Origin: Actinomycetota bacterium
GTDB lineage: Bacteria; Actinomycetota; Geothermincolia; Geothermincolales; RBG-13-55-18
Direction: 5' to 3'
DNA length: 64,000 nt
NCBI GenBank assembly: GCA_014360645.1
Contig: JACIXD010000016.1
Location: forward strand, 12,395 to 76,394
Position numbers and translations under genes: made by a program. The number at the start of each line of letters is the position of its first letter. Position 1 is the first letter of the stretch. Shown in pieces: positions 1-9,232 of the stretch. The notes below the pieces were generated by a model that saw only the letters and a list, made by a program, of their open reading frames with translations, was not told where the DNA came from and did no database searches.

Positions 1-1
1 T

Positions 2-1021
2 TGCCGCCAGCTCGCCGGGCTGGGGCCCAGGCTGCTCCTCATGCTGGACAACGACGAGACGGCGCTGTTCGAGATGGAGCACGAACTGGCGCGCCTGCAG
101 AGCCCCTGTCCCTTCCACGCCGTGGTGGCGGACGTGCGCGACTTCGACCGCCTGCTCTCGGTGTTCCGGCGCTACCGCCCCCAGGTGGTCTTCCACAGCG
201 CGGCCTTAAAACATGTGCCCATGATGGAGTTCCACCCCTCGGAGGCGGTGAAGAACAACGTGCTGGGCACGCGCAACCTGGCGGAGGCCTCCATCTATTT
301 CGGGGTGGAGCGGTTCATACTCATTTCCACCGACAAGGCGGTGCACCCGGTGAACGTAATGGGGGCCACCAAGCGGGTGGCGGAGATGCTCATAAAAAGC
401 TACTCGGGCATCATCCACACCCTCTTCGCCGCGGTGCGCTTCGGCAACGTGCTGGGCTCGCGGGGGAGCGTGGTGCCCACCTTCATGCGCCAGATCGAGA
501 AGGGGGGCCCGGTGCTGGTCACCCACCCCGAGGTCACCCGCTACTTCATGACCGTGGAGGAGGCGGCGCAGTTGGTCATCCAGGCGGGGGCTTTCACCAA
601 GGGGGGCGACACCTTCATCCTGGACATGGGGGAGCCGGTGCGCATCATCGACCTGGCGCGGGAGCTCCTGCGCCTCATGGGCAAGGAGAAAGAGGTGGAG
701 ATAAAGGTCACCGGGCTGCGGCCGGGGGAGAAGCTGCACGAGGAGCTCGCCTTCCCCGTGGAGGAGCTCATGCGCACCCCCCATCCCAAGATAGACAAGG
801 TATGGCACGAGAAGGAGCTGCGCACCGACTTCGTGCAGCTCCTGGACCGCCTCATCGGGGCGGCCGCCTGCGACGATGAGGACAAGGTGCGGGAGCTGCT
901 CTCGGCGCTGGTCCCCTCGTACAAGCCCTCCGTCCCCGTGTCGGCGTCGCCGCGCGGCGGCCTGCGGGTGCTGCATACCGAGGCTGCGGCCGGGCAGGCG
1001 GTGGAGGCGAGCGAAGCGTAA
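2..1021 (+). CDS. Polysaccharide biosynthesis protein, CapD/PglF-type nucleotide-sugar 4,6-dehydratase (5' truncated by window)
   Basis: Motifs FHSAALKHVP, ISTDKAV.PVNVMGATKR, VRFGNVLGSRGSV, GLRPGEKLHEEL; frame open to the window edge. Confidence 0.93.
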   Translation, partial: CRQLAGLGPRLLLMLDNDETALFEMEHELARLQSPCPFHAVVADVRDFDRLLSVFRRYRPQVVFHSAALKHVPMMEFHPSEAVKNNVLGTRNLAEASIYFGVERFILISTDKAVHPVNVMGATKRVAEMLIKSYSGIIHTLFAAVRFGNVLGSRGSVVPTFMRQIEKGGPVLVTHPEVTRYFMTVEEAAQLVIQAGAFTKGGDTFILDMGEPVRIIDLARELLRLMGKEKEVEIKVTGLRPGEKLHEELAFPVEELMRTPHPKIDKVWHEKELRTDFVQLLDRLIGAAACDDEDKVRELLSALVPSYKPSVPVSASPRGGLRVLHTEAAAGQAVEASEA

Positions 1022-1272
1022 GCGGGGTCGTATCTTCAATCTTCGATGCCGGTGACTTACGTGGCCACGTGCTGCCCAGCCGCCCGGGAGGTCCTCGATC
1101 TTCGATCAGGGTGACCCACAGGGGCAACCCCGAAGCTGCCGATCAGCCAACCCCCATGGCCTGGGCGGGGCCCCCATTGCGGCAGAACCCATTGCACCGT
1201 CGCTGCACGACAAAGGGAGAAACCATGTCGCTTCGAATAATTATCATGGGGAAAGGCAAAGGAGGTGGAAGA

Positions 1273-2697
1273 ATGGCGAAGGTTATCGGCCTGTCAGGTC
1301 CCTTCGGGGCTGGCTGCTCCACCGTAGCGGGGATATTAAAAGACGAGGGTTACCAGGTCATCAAGGCAAGCGCCTTCATCACGGAATGGGCCGAGCGGAA
1401 CGACGTTGGATTCGCGGTTCCAGAGGGGGACAGCACGGAAAGGAGGCATGCCCTACAGGTTGCCGGCAATATCCTCAGGATGCATGAAGGCAGTGATGCG
1501 ATCGCCAGGCTTGCGCTGGACTACATCAGAGAGCAAGAGGGGAGGAGCGAGCATCCCGAGAGCTTACGGTTCGTCATCGACAGCCTGAAAAACAGGGCGG
1601 AGACAGACTTTCTGCACGAACAACTGGGCGATCGCTTTACGGCGGTTTCCGTCTATTCGTCCGTCCAGAGCAGGGAGAAGAGGAGCTGCGTTGAAAACAG
1701 CTACAGCGGCAACCTGTGGCTGATGAAAAGAGATGACCGGAGAGACAGGGACGAATTCGGCTCCGACGTGGAATGGGGCCAGCAGGTCCTGCAGTGCGAC
1801 GTAGCCGCGGATATCTCCATCGATAACGATGAAAACGTCGAGACCAAAGAGGCGTGGGATTACAAGCTGGCCAACGCCGTTTCGCAATATGTCCTGAACG
1901 AGCATCCAGAGATCGATGCGAACACCCTTTTCATGTGGCGGGCGGAGCTGGAGGCGGCGAATTCCAGGTGCGGCAAGAGAAAGGTCGGAGCCTGCCTTGC
2001 AAAAGAAGAGGAGATAATCTCGGTAGGGTGGAACCGTGCTCCCGATGGCGTGGATGGATGTCTCGAGCACAAGGACTACAGGACCTGCTATCGCGACCAC
2101 CTTCGGTCGCAGAAGGAAAGAGATGATGCGGGCAGGGAGATAGACTGGGGCGATCTAGAGCTGGATGAATACGAGCGTGCGCTGATAAATGAGATCGATG
2201 ACGATGCGGAGAAGCGGAGGTATATCAGCCGCGTTGTCCTGGATGCCATCGACGGGTACTATTATGACTTCAAGACGTTGGAGGCGTGCAGGGCCCTACA
2301 TGCGGAGGAAGCAGCGATTCTTGCCGCTCTGGAGAGGGGAGCGGATATAAGGGAGGCCACCCTGTACACGACTACCTATCCTTGCATGGCCTGCGCCAAG
2401 AAGATCGCGCAACAGGGGATAAAGGAGGTCTATTTCATCGAGCCCTATCCCATCGAGGGGGCGAGGAAGCTTCTGGACGAAAAGGGCGTGAGGCAATACC
2501 GGTATCAGGGCTTGAGGTTGCGGTTTGCGCCACGCATACTTGATGACATGAGCGAAAGCACTAGGGGCAGGCTGGGAAGAATGAGCGGGAAGGATCTCGA
2601 GCCGGGGGAGGTGTATGACAGTGCATTTCAGATGTTCGCGCTGCAAAAAACAGTCAATGCAATACTCGGGCGGTGCGGGGAAGCTGATCTGCTATAA
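1273..2697 (+). CDS. P-loop kinase-like + deoxycytidylate deaminase fusion (AvcD / anti-phage dCTP deaminase-like)
   Basis: GGAGGT SD at 1261, ATG 1273; N-terminal Walker-A-like GLSGPFGAGCST and IDSLKN; C-terminal Zn-deaminase motifs SRCGKRKVGA, ALHAEE, TTYPCMACAK. Confidence 0.85.
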   Translation: MAKVIGLSGPFGAGCSTVAGILKDEGYQVIKASAFITEWAERNDVGFAVPEGDSTERRHALQVAGNILRMHEGSDAIARLALDYIREQEGRSEHPESLRFVIDSLKNRAETDFLHEQLGDRFTAVSVYSSVQSREKRSCVENSYSGNLWLMKRDDRRDRDEFGSDVEWGQQVLQCDVAADISIDNDENVETKEAWDYKLANAVSQYVLNEHPEIDANTLFMWRAELEAANSRCGKRKVGACLAKEEEIISVGWNRAPDGVDGCLEHKDYRTCYRDHLRSQKERDDAGREIDWGDLELDEYERALINEIDDDAEKRRYISRVVLDAIDGYYYDFKTLEACRALHAEEAAILAALERGADIREATLYTTTYPCMACAKKIAQQGIKEVYFIEPYPIEGARKLLDEKGVRQYRYQGLRLRFAPRILDDMSESTRGRLGRMSGKDLEPGEVYDSAFQMFALQKTVNAILGRCGEADLL

Positions 2698-2841
2698 CTG
2701 CGGGCTGGCCATAAGATGCAGCAATGCGGACAAGCTGTGGGATATATTGGGAAGCGATGACTTCGCCTTCATGGAGAGCTGGGAAAAGGACCTGATCCTG
2801 AGCGTGCACCAGGTCAATCACGGCACGAGCATGGCGGGATA
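2615..2841 (+). CDS. Small zinc-ribbon protein (75 aa)
   Basis: Strong SD (GGGGAGGTG) just before ATG 2615; CSRC...CYNC pairs; overlaps the deaminase 3' end. Confidence 0.6.
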
Positions 2842-3495
2842 GGCGCGCGGGGTGGCGGAACCCGTCCCCGTGGGGTCAGATCTTCGATCTTCAATGCCTG
2901 GAAAACGGGTGGGGATGGGAGCATGATTTCTGAATTCGGATTTCGTTAAGCGAGCCCCCGCCCCAGTGATTCCTTATCCTCTCTGAACTCATGGGCTTGA
3001 TAGGTTGACTGTATTTATCATTCAGGCGTCGTTGGGGTCATATCTTCATTCTTCGATCCCAGCCGTGGGTGGGGTCATATCTTCATTCTTCGATCCCGGT
3101 AGTATTGGCCAAAGCGACTACATAAATCTCGAGTCATCGCCGAACTCCGGAAGCCCCTCTATTGGCCGCATCACATCAACACTTGTTGAATTCCGAAGAG
3201 CCCTGTATTGCCCGCAGCGAAGATCGAAGATACGACCCCATTAAGAAGATCGAAGATACGACCCCATTAACTATTGCATAACTTATCTATTTGTAATAAC
3301 ATAACGATATTATGCTGACGGTCGGAGAGTGGCGTAAGCGGTGGAGGAGCTATACAGCATCCATGCGAAACCGAACCCGGGGGTCACATCTTCGATCTTC
3401 GACTCCGGTAACTTATGGCCTGGTCAAGTTAAGTAAACTTGCATCGAAGATCGAAGATACGACCCCATCATTCCGCGGAGGTCAGTGCGAAAGCC

Positions 3496-4452
3496 ATGGC
3501 AAGACAGCTCAGAATCGAGTTCCCGGGCGCCCTATATCATGTCTTCTCCAGGGGCGTCGCCAAGCAGCCCATCTTCGAGTCGGATGAGGACCGCGCCAGG
3601 TTCCTGGACATCCTGGGCAAGGTGGTGGAGCGGCATAACTGGATAATCCACGCCTACTGCCTTATGGGGAACCACTACCACTTGCTGGTGGAGACGCCGG
3701 ATCCCAACCTCTCCCGGGGCATGCAGCTGCTGAACGGCGTCTACGCCCAGCGTCACAACGCCGAGCACGGACGGGTTGGCCATCTCTTCCAGGGGAGGTA
3801 CGGCAATACCCTCGTCGACAAGGAAGAGTACTTCCTCGTCGCGGCGTGCTACATCGTGCTCAACCCGGTGAGGGGAGGACTGGTGGAACACCCTTCCGCC
3901 TATCGCTGGAGCAGCTATAGAGCCACAGCTGGGGCTGAGAAGGCGCCGTCTTTCCTCCACATCAGCAGCATCCTGCTCTGCTTCGCGCCCGACCTGCACA
4001 TGGCGCAGAGGCTTTACCGTGAGTTCGTCGACGGAGGCATAGACGAGGAGACAGCACGGCGACTAGAGTCGGGCGGGGTCTGCGGCGGGGAGGTATTCCA
4101 GGCCTGGGTGGGCGAGATAGTCGAGGGGAGGAAACGGATACGGGAGATACCCCGCAGGCAGAGATACGTGGGGAGGCCGTCCCTGGCGCGTATACTCGAT
4201 GGGTGGGCGGACCAGCGGGAGAGGGACGAGAACATAGCGCGGGCGGTGCAGGACTTCGGGTACACCCAGAAGGAGGTCGCCGACCACCTAGGCCTTGCCC
4301 CCTCCACCGTGAGCGTCATCATGAAGAGGGTCGGGCAGGGATCGAGTGGTGCCCCGGGCGGGGTCAGATCTTCATCGGGCGGGGTCAGATCTTCATTCTT
4401 CGATCCCGGCAGTATTGAGCAGAGCGGGCAGAGCGATCTCGAATCCTATTGA
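3496..4452 (+). mobile_element. REP-associated tyrosine transposase (RAYT/TnpA-REP, HUH Y1) with C-terminal HTH
   Basis: MARQLR..PGALYHVFSRG, AYCLMGNHYH (HUH), GHLFQGRY, catalytic YIVLNPVR, YRWSSY; HTH YTQKEVADHLGLAPSTVS; flanked by family-A repeats. Confidence 0.92.
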
Positions 4453-4469
4453 ATTCCGAAGCATCGGGC

Positions 4470-4686
4470 GGGGTCAGATCTTCATTCTTCGATCCCGGCA
4501 GTATAGTCAGAGCGAGCACGTCGATTTCTAGCCATCTTTGCCCGCATCGAAGATCGAAGATGTGACCCCAGATTTCCTCATCGGGCGGGGTCAGATCTTC
4601 ATTCTTCGATCCCGGCAGTATAGTCAGAGCGAGCACGTCGATTTCTAGCCATCTTTGCCCGCATCGAAGATCGAAGATGTGACCCC
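4470..4686. repeat. Two identical 100-bp REPIN-like doublets in tandem (period 117 bp)
   Basis: 4470-4569 and 4587-4686 each run GGGGTC...GACCCC with the same interior. Confidence 0.9.
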
Positions 4687-4795
4687 AGATTGTTAATATG
4701 AATTCGGGAAGGCCTGTGCGATCAATGCAAGGGGATGATGGAAGCTGGATCGTGAAGCGAATGGCAAGGTCAACTTCCCGCCTCGCTGCCGGCTG

Positions 4796-5038
4796 ATGCG
4801 CGAGCCCGCGGAAGCGGAGGAAGGCGGCTGGCGGGAAGCGGTGGTCTCTGCGGGTGATCACCTCAAGCGCGTCCTCGACGAGTACGTGGAGCTCGGCTTC
4901 GAGTGCCTGCTGGAGGAACTGGACGCCGAGGCCACCCCCGGATGCTCCGAGTGCTTCAAGTCCGGGGGAGAACGCGTCTACCGCGTCTATGTGCGGAGAA
5001 AGGGCGAAGGGGGTCGTATCTTCGATCTTCAATCGTAG
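4796..5038 (+). CDS. Small hypothetical protein with CxxC; C-terminus runs into a REP
   Basis: Host-like codon usage; GW...EY.ELGFE...CSEC...VYRVYVR pattern. Confidence 0.55.
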   Translation: MREPAEAEEGGWREAVVSAGDHLKRVLDEYVELGFECLLEELDAEATPGCSECFKSGGERVYRVYVRRKGEGGRIFDLQS

Positions 5039-5415
5039 GGGGGTCGTATCTTCAATCTTCAATCCATCGAAGATGGTTGTGTCTTCAATCCAGGTAAGTG
5101 AGCATGCGCGGCAACATTGGTTGGGGAGCAAACATGGCGCTTCCGGGTTCTGCGGACCTCGCTGAGCCAAGCCATTCACATTGAAGAATGAAGATACGAC
5201 CCCAAAAGGAAGCTATTCACATTGAAGAATGAAGATACGACCCCAAAAGTCGCGTGCCCGCTTGGGAACGCGGGGTCCTCCTCGCCGGGACGGGACCGCC
5301 CGGGAGCGGTCCCAGGGGTCGTATATTTAGCTCAGCCCTTTCCGTCCGGACCCCGGGAGCGCCGATAATGGTATTCCAATATATGGAAAGTAATTCAAGA
5401 TGCAAGACCTGACCC

Positions 5416-6207
5416 CTACATGAAGGCGCTGTAGACCATGGCGGCAATCCCCCCCAGGGCGAGGATGGCGGCGAAGGCGTATTGCAGGGCGGAGGAGCGC
5501 CTGATCTTCCGGGACAGCTCGGCCTCCATCTTGTGGCTGATGATGAAGGGGCTGTCCCCTTTGCCCACCGCCGCGACCTCGCCCGAGCGCTGGGCGGTCC
5601 CCAGGACGTAGACGGGCTGGCCGACGCGGATGAGCGATTCGGTTATCCTGTATCCCAGCACATCCTCGTAGTCGTCGTCCAGGGCGCTGAGGACGCTCTC
5701 CAGGATCGCTCCTCCCACTCCGGAGGATTCCAGGTAGTCGCGCCCGCGCCCGCGCCCCTCGTGGGTCCGGGTCTCGGCGATGTAGTCGGCGCCATCCGGG
5801 TAGACCAGGCACCGGCCGCTGGAATCGCTCACGTAGAAGGGGATCTCCTCCTTGCGGTCGTCGACGGTGTCCCAGAATTCGCTGGTCTTCATGGTGCCCG
5901 TCCGCTCGTCCCTCTCCCGGCGCTGCTTGCGGTGCTCCAGCTTGTAGCGGTAGTAGACGCAGGGGATCTGCGAGGTGGGGGAGAGCAGGGGCTCGTCCGC
6001 CTCCACCACCCCCACGAGCTCCACCCCGGCTCCGGGTGCGGAGAGCGCCATCTTGGACGCGTCGGCGGCGTTCACCGTGGGGGTCGCCTCCATGACCTCC
6101 AGCTTCTTCCTGCCGCGGTAGCCCAGGAAGGCGAGGACGACCCCGATGACGAGGGCGGCTCCGCCGATGCCCAGCACCACCCACTGTGAATTATCCACGG
6201 TCGCCAC
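5416..6207 (-). CDS. GIDE-domain membrane protein
   Basis: N- and C-terminal TM helices; LLSPTSQIPCVYY, PFYVSDSSG, ESLIRVGQPVYVLG, PFIIS pattern. Confidence 0.75.
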   Translation of the reverse strand: MATVDNSQWVVLGIGGAALVIGVVLAFLGYRGRKKLEVMEATPTVNAADASKMALSAPGAGVELVGVVEADEPLLSPTSQIPCVYYRYKLEHRKQRRERDERTGTMKTSEFWDTVDDRKEEIPFYVSDSSGRCLVYPDGADYIAETRTHEGRGRGRDYLESSGVGGAILESVLSALDDDYEDVLGYRITESLIRVGQPVYVLGTAQRSGEVAAVGKGDSPFIISHKMEAELSRKIRRSSALQYAFAAILALGGIAAMVYSAFM

Positions 6208-6395
6208 CTCCTGCTCCGGCGTCGCCGGACGTCCGCATCGTCAAACAACCCGGCCCGGGGAGCTGCCGGGTCGGCCGGGGCGAATCGTGTCGGCGGAGCG
6301 AGGCCGGCCCTCATCTCCCTGGCCGTAGACCCTTCACTTCATGGCGTCGGATACGGCACCGGTCCTTTCGCGATGCGAACAGCCGCTTGCCAGAT

Positions 6396-8051
6396 TCAGG
6401 CTTCGCCCTTGGCTTCCTTCTGCCTGGCGATCTCCTCCTCGCGCAGGGCGCGGCGCAGGATCTTGCCCACCATGGTCTTGGGCAGCTCAGGCCGGAACTC
6501 CACCATGCGCGGCGCCTTGTAGGGGGCTAGGCGCTCGCGGCAGAAGGAGATGATCTCCTCTTCCGTGCACTCCTCGCCAGGCTTTAGCACGATGTACACC
6601 TTCACCGTCTCGCCGCGGTACTCGTCCGGGATGCCCACCGTCACCGCCTCTTGCACTTTGGGGTGTTCGTAGAGGACCTCGTCCACCTCGCGGGGATATA
6701 TATTAAACCCGCCGGCGATGATCATATCCTTCTTGCGGTCCACGATATAGAAATAGCCGTCCTCGTCCATGGTGGCGATGTCCCCGGTATACAGCCAGCC
6801 GTCCCGCAGGGTCTCCGCCGTCTCCTCCGGCTTCTCCCAATAGCCCTTCATCACCTGGGGTCCGCGGATGATCAGCTCGCCGGGCTCGTTTGGGCCCAGC
6901 TCCTGCTTCCCCGTCTCCACGTCGACGATCTTCGCCTCGGTATCCGGGAAGGGGATGCCGATGGAGCCCACCTTGCGCATGCCCATGATGGGGTTGGAGT
7001 GGGTCACCGGCGAGGCCTCTGAGAGCCCGTAACCCTCGCAGAAGATACCCCCGGAGATGCGGCTGAACTGCTTGATCACCTCCACGGGGATGGGGGCGGA
7101 CCCGGAGTTGCACAGCCTCAGCTTGTCCACGCCGTAGTTGAGCGCCTCGGGGTGGCTGAGGATGGCCACGTAGAGGGTGGGGACCCCGGGGAAGAAATTG
7201 GGGCGGTACTTCTGGATGGCCTGCAGCATCATGTTGATCTCGAACTGCGGGATGAGGACCATGGTCGCGGCGTTGGCGATGGCAGTGTTCATGCCCACCG
7301 TCTGTCCGTAGGAGTGGAAGAAGGGGATGACGTCCAGGTAGATGTCCTTGCCGCGCTCGGTGAACTCCTTCGCCCACATGGAGCACTGCATGGCGTTGGC
7401 CAGCAGGTTGCGGTGGGTGAGCATGACCCCCTTTGGCAGTCCGGTGGTGCCCCCGGTGTACTGCAGGGCCGCGAGGTCGTTCTCGGGGTCGATCTCCACC
7501 TCGGACACCTCCGGCTCGGCGTCGGCGATGACCTCCTTGAGGTAGTAGGTGGAGGAGTCTTTCTCTACGTTGGGGTTGACCGGCGTCTCCATGTAGTCGG
7601 TGATACTGGAGGCAATGATCCGCTTGAGGGGGGAGTTCCCCTTCACCGCCTGGATGCGCGCGTCGAAGAGGTCGAGGTAGATGAGGGTCTCCGATCCCGA
7701 GTCGTTGAACTCGTATTCCAGCTCCCGCTCAACGTGCAGGGGGCTGATGTTGACCACCGTCGCCCCCGCTTCCAGCACGCCGTAATAGGAGATGATGAAC
7801 TGGGGGCTGTTGGGGAGCATGATGGCCACGCGGTCGCCCTTCTGGACCCCCATCCCCCGCAGGGCGGTGGCAAAGCGGCGGACCTGGTCCCGGATCTGCC
7901 CGTAGGTGAGCTGCTGGTCGAAGAAGATAGTGGCCACGTGCTCGTCATACTTCACGCAGGTGAGTTCCAGTAACTGGTAGAGAGGTATGTTTGGGTAACG
8001 TATGGTCTCGGGGACGAAATAGTCGTAGTTCTTGAGCCAGACCTTTTCCAT
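6396..8051 (-). CDS. fadD: Long-chain fatty acid--CoA ligase
   Basis: LQYTGGTTGLPKG, EGYGLSEASP, GWLYTGD, PKTMVGKILR. Confidence 0.92.
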   Translation of the reverse strand: MEKVWLKNYDYFVPETIRYPNIPLYQLLELTCVKYDEHVATIFFDQQLTYGQIRDQVRRFATALRGMGVQKGDRVAIMLPNSPQFIISYYGVLEAGATVVNISPLHVERELEYEFNDSGSETLIYLDLFDARIQAVKGNSPLKRIIASSITDYMETPVNPNVEKDSSTYYLKEVIADAEPEVSEVEIDPENDLAALQYTGGTTGLPKGVMLTHRNLLANAMQCSMWAKEFTERGKDIYLDVIPFFHSYGQTVGMNTAIANAATMVLIPQFEINMMLQAIQKYRPNFFPGVPTLYVAILSHPEALNYGVDKLRLCNSGSAPIPVEVIKQFSRISGGIFCEGYGLSEASPVTHSNPIMGMRKVGSIGIPFPDTEAKIVDVETGKQELGPNEPGELIIRGPQVMKGYWEKPEETAETLRDGWLYTGDIATMDEDGYFYIVDRKKDMIIAGGFNIYPREVDEVLYEHPKVQEAVTVGIPDEYRGETVKVYIVLKPGEECTEEEIISFCRERLAPYKAPRMVEFRPELPKTMVGKILRRALREEEIARQKEAKGEA

Positions 8052-8446
8052 ACAGGACCCCCTCCTTCTTGCGAGCGGGCGGACGCCCGCGCTCTACGGA
8101 CCATCCTGGTTCCCTCTCCGCTGCGCGGCGAGCGGAAGTCAGGCGAGCGCACGGCGCGGAAGAGTGCGCTGGCGCTGCCTTTCCGGGCTCATTTCCCCGT
8201 TCCTTTCTAGCCCCGCGCCGGGATGCGAGCATCTCCGGGGATGCGGGGCGCTGCTCTATCGCGAAACCTGACAGCCGACTTGTTAACCATTTTGCATTCG
8301 ACGACCAACCAAGTCAACCACCATGGGGTCGTGTCTTCAATCTTCGATTCACTAACACCATGGGGTCGTTCAATGAACTGGGGGTCAGATCTTCAATCTT
8401 CGATTCAATAAGGGGAACTGGAGGTCGGAACTGGGGGTCGGAACTA

Positions 8447-8593
8447 GGGGTCAGATCTTCAATCTTCGATTCAATAGCGATTGGTGGTGTTAGTGGCGGG
8501 GTTTTCATTCAGAATATGCCTATGGCAGGTTCCACTAGCTGACCCCACAAGCGGTTGAGACCTGCCGGCATCGAAGATCGAAGATGTGACCCC
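8447..8593 (+). mobile_element. 147-bp REPIN/MITE-like element, copy 1
   Basis: 24-bp inverted REP termini; ~6 mismatches to the reverse complement of 11026-11172. Confidence 0.85.
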
Positions 8594-8614
8594 ATTATCT
8601 GTACCGAGCCCCGG

Positions 8615-9038
8615 CTACCTCTCCGACCTCATAGGCGAGTGGGAGCGCGAGCACGGGGCGGTGCTGCCGCGCCGGGGCACCGTGCACGACCTCGGGCCCT
8701 CGCTTACCCACAAGGCGGCCATCTGCCGCAAGGCCGTGCTGGAGGGCAAGCAGACCCCGGAGATCGCCCGGGAGACCCACCACAGCCCGGCCAGCGTGGA
8801 CCGCTACCTGCTGGACCTGGAGCGGGTGGCCTACGCCATGCTCAAGCACGGCATGAGCCTGGGCGAGATATGCTTCACCACCCAGATGTCCGAGGGTCTG
8901 GTCCGCCAGTATGCCCAGCTCGTTACCGAACTCGGGCTCTCGGAATCAAGCCCTTACCGAAAGGAGGTGGGCGCCAAACTTCCCATTGATTCAAGGTCCG
9001 CAACGACCAATGCCCAGCGGACCCAGCATACCCGATAG
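8615..9038 (+). pseudogene. 5'-truncated DUF1670-family gene fragment
   Basis: LPRRGTVHDLGPSLTHK...EIARETHHSPASVDRY resembles the DUF1670 C-terminus; no plausible start, begins just after a REP. Confidence 0.7.
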
Positions 9039-9122
9039 GATGGATGTCATATGACACAGCTATAGATACGACCCCAACGCTGACCTGCCGGCATCGAAGA
9101 TCGAAGATGTGACCCAATACAA

Positions 9123-9166
9123 AATTGAATTATAATTGAATTATAATTGAATTATAATAATATAAT
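9123..9166 (+). repeat. AT-rich 11-bp tandem repeat (AATTGAATTAT x3) generating several TATAAT boxes
   Basis: Seen directly between the REP ending at 9115 and the ATG at 9233. Confidence 0.8.
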
Positions 9167-9232
9167 GGTCGCGGATGCGATAGTTATCAGCGGGCTGCAG
9201 GATCGGGCTTGAGTTCGAGGGAGGGACATTCC

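Noticed and set aside
1024-3265. Tn3-family terminal inverted repeats (GGGGTC start)
   Set aside because: Only 24 bp, no 38-bp Tn3 consensus, no clear 5-bp target duplications, no Tn3 transposase or resolvase
3496-4452. IS200/IS605 TnpA
   Set aside because: Too long, has RAYT-type motifs and a C-terminal HTH, no tnpB, and is flanked by multicopy repeats
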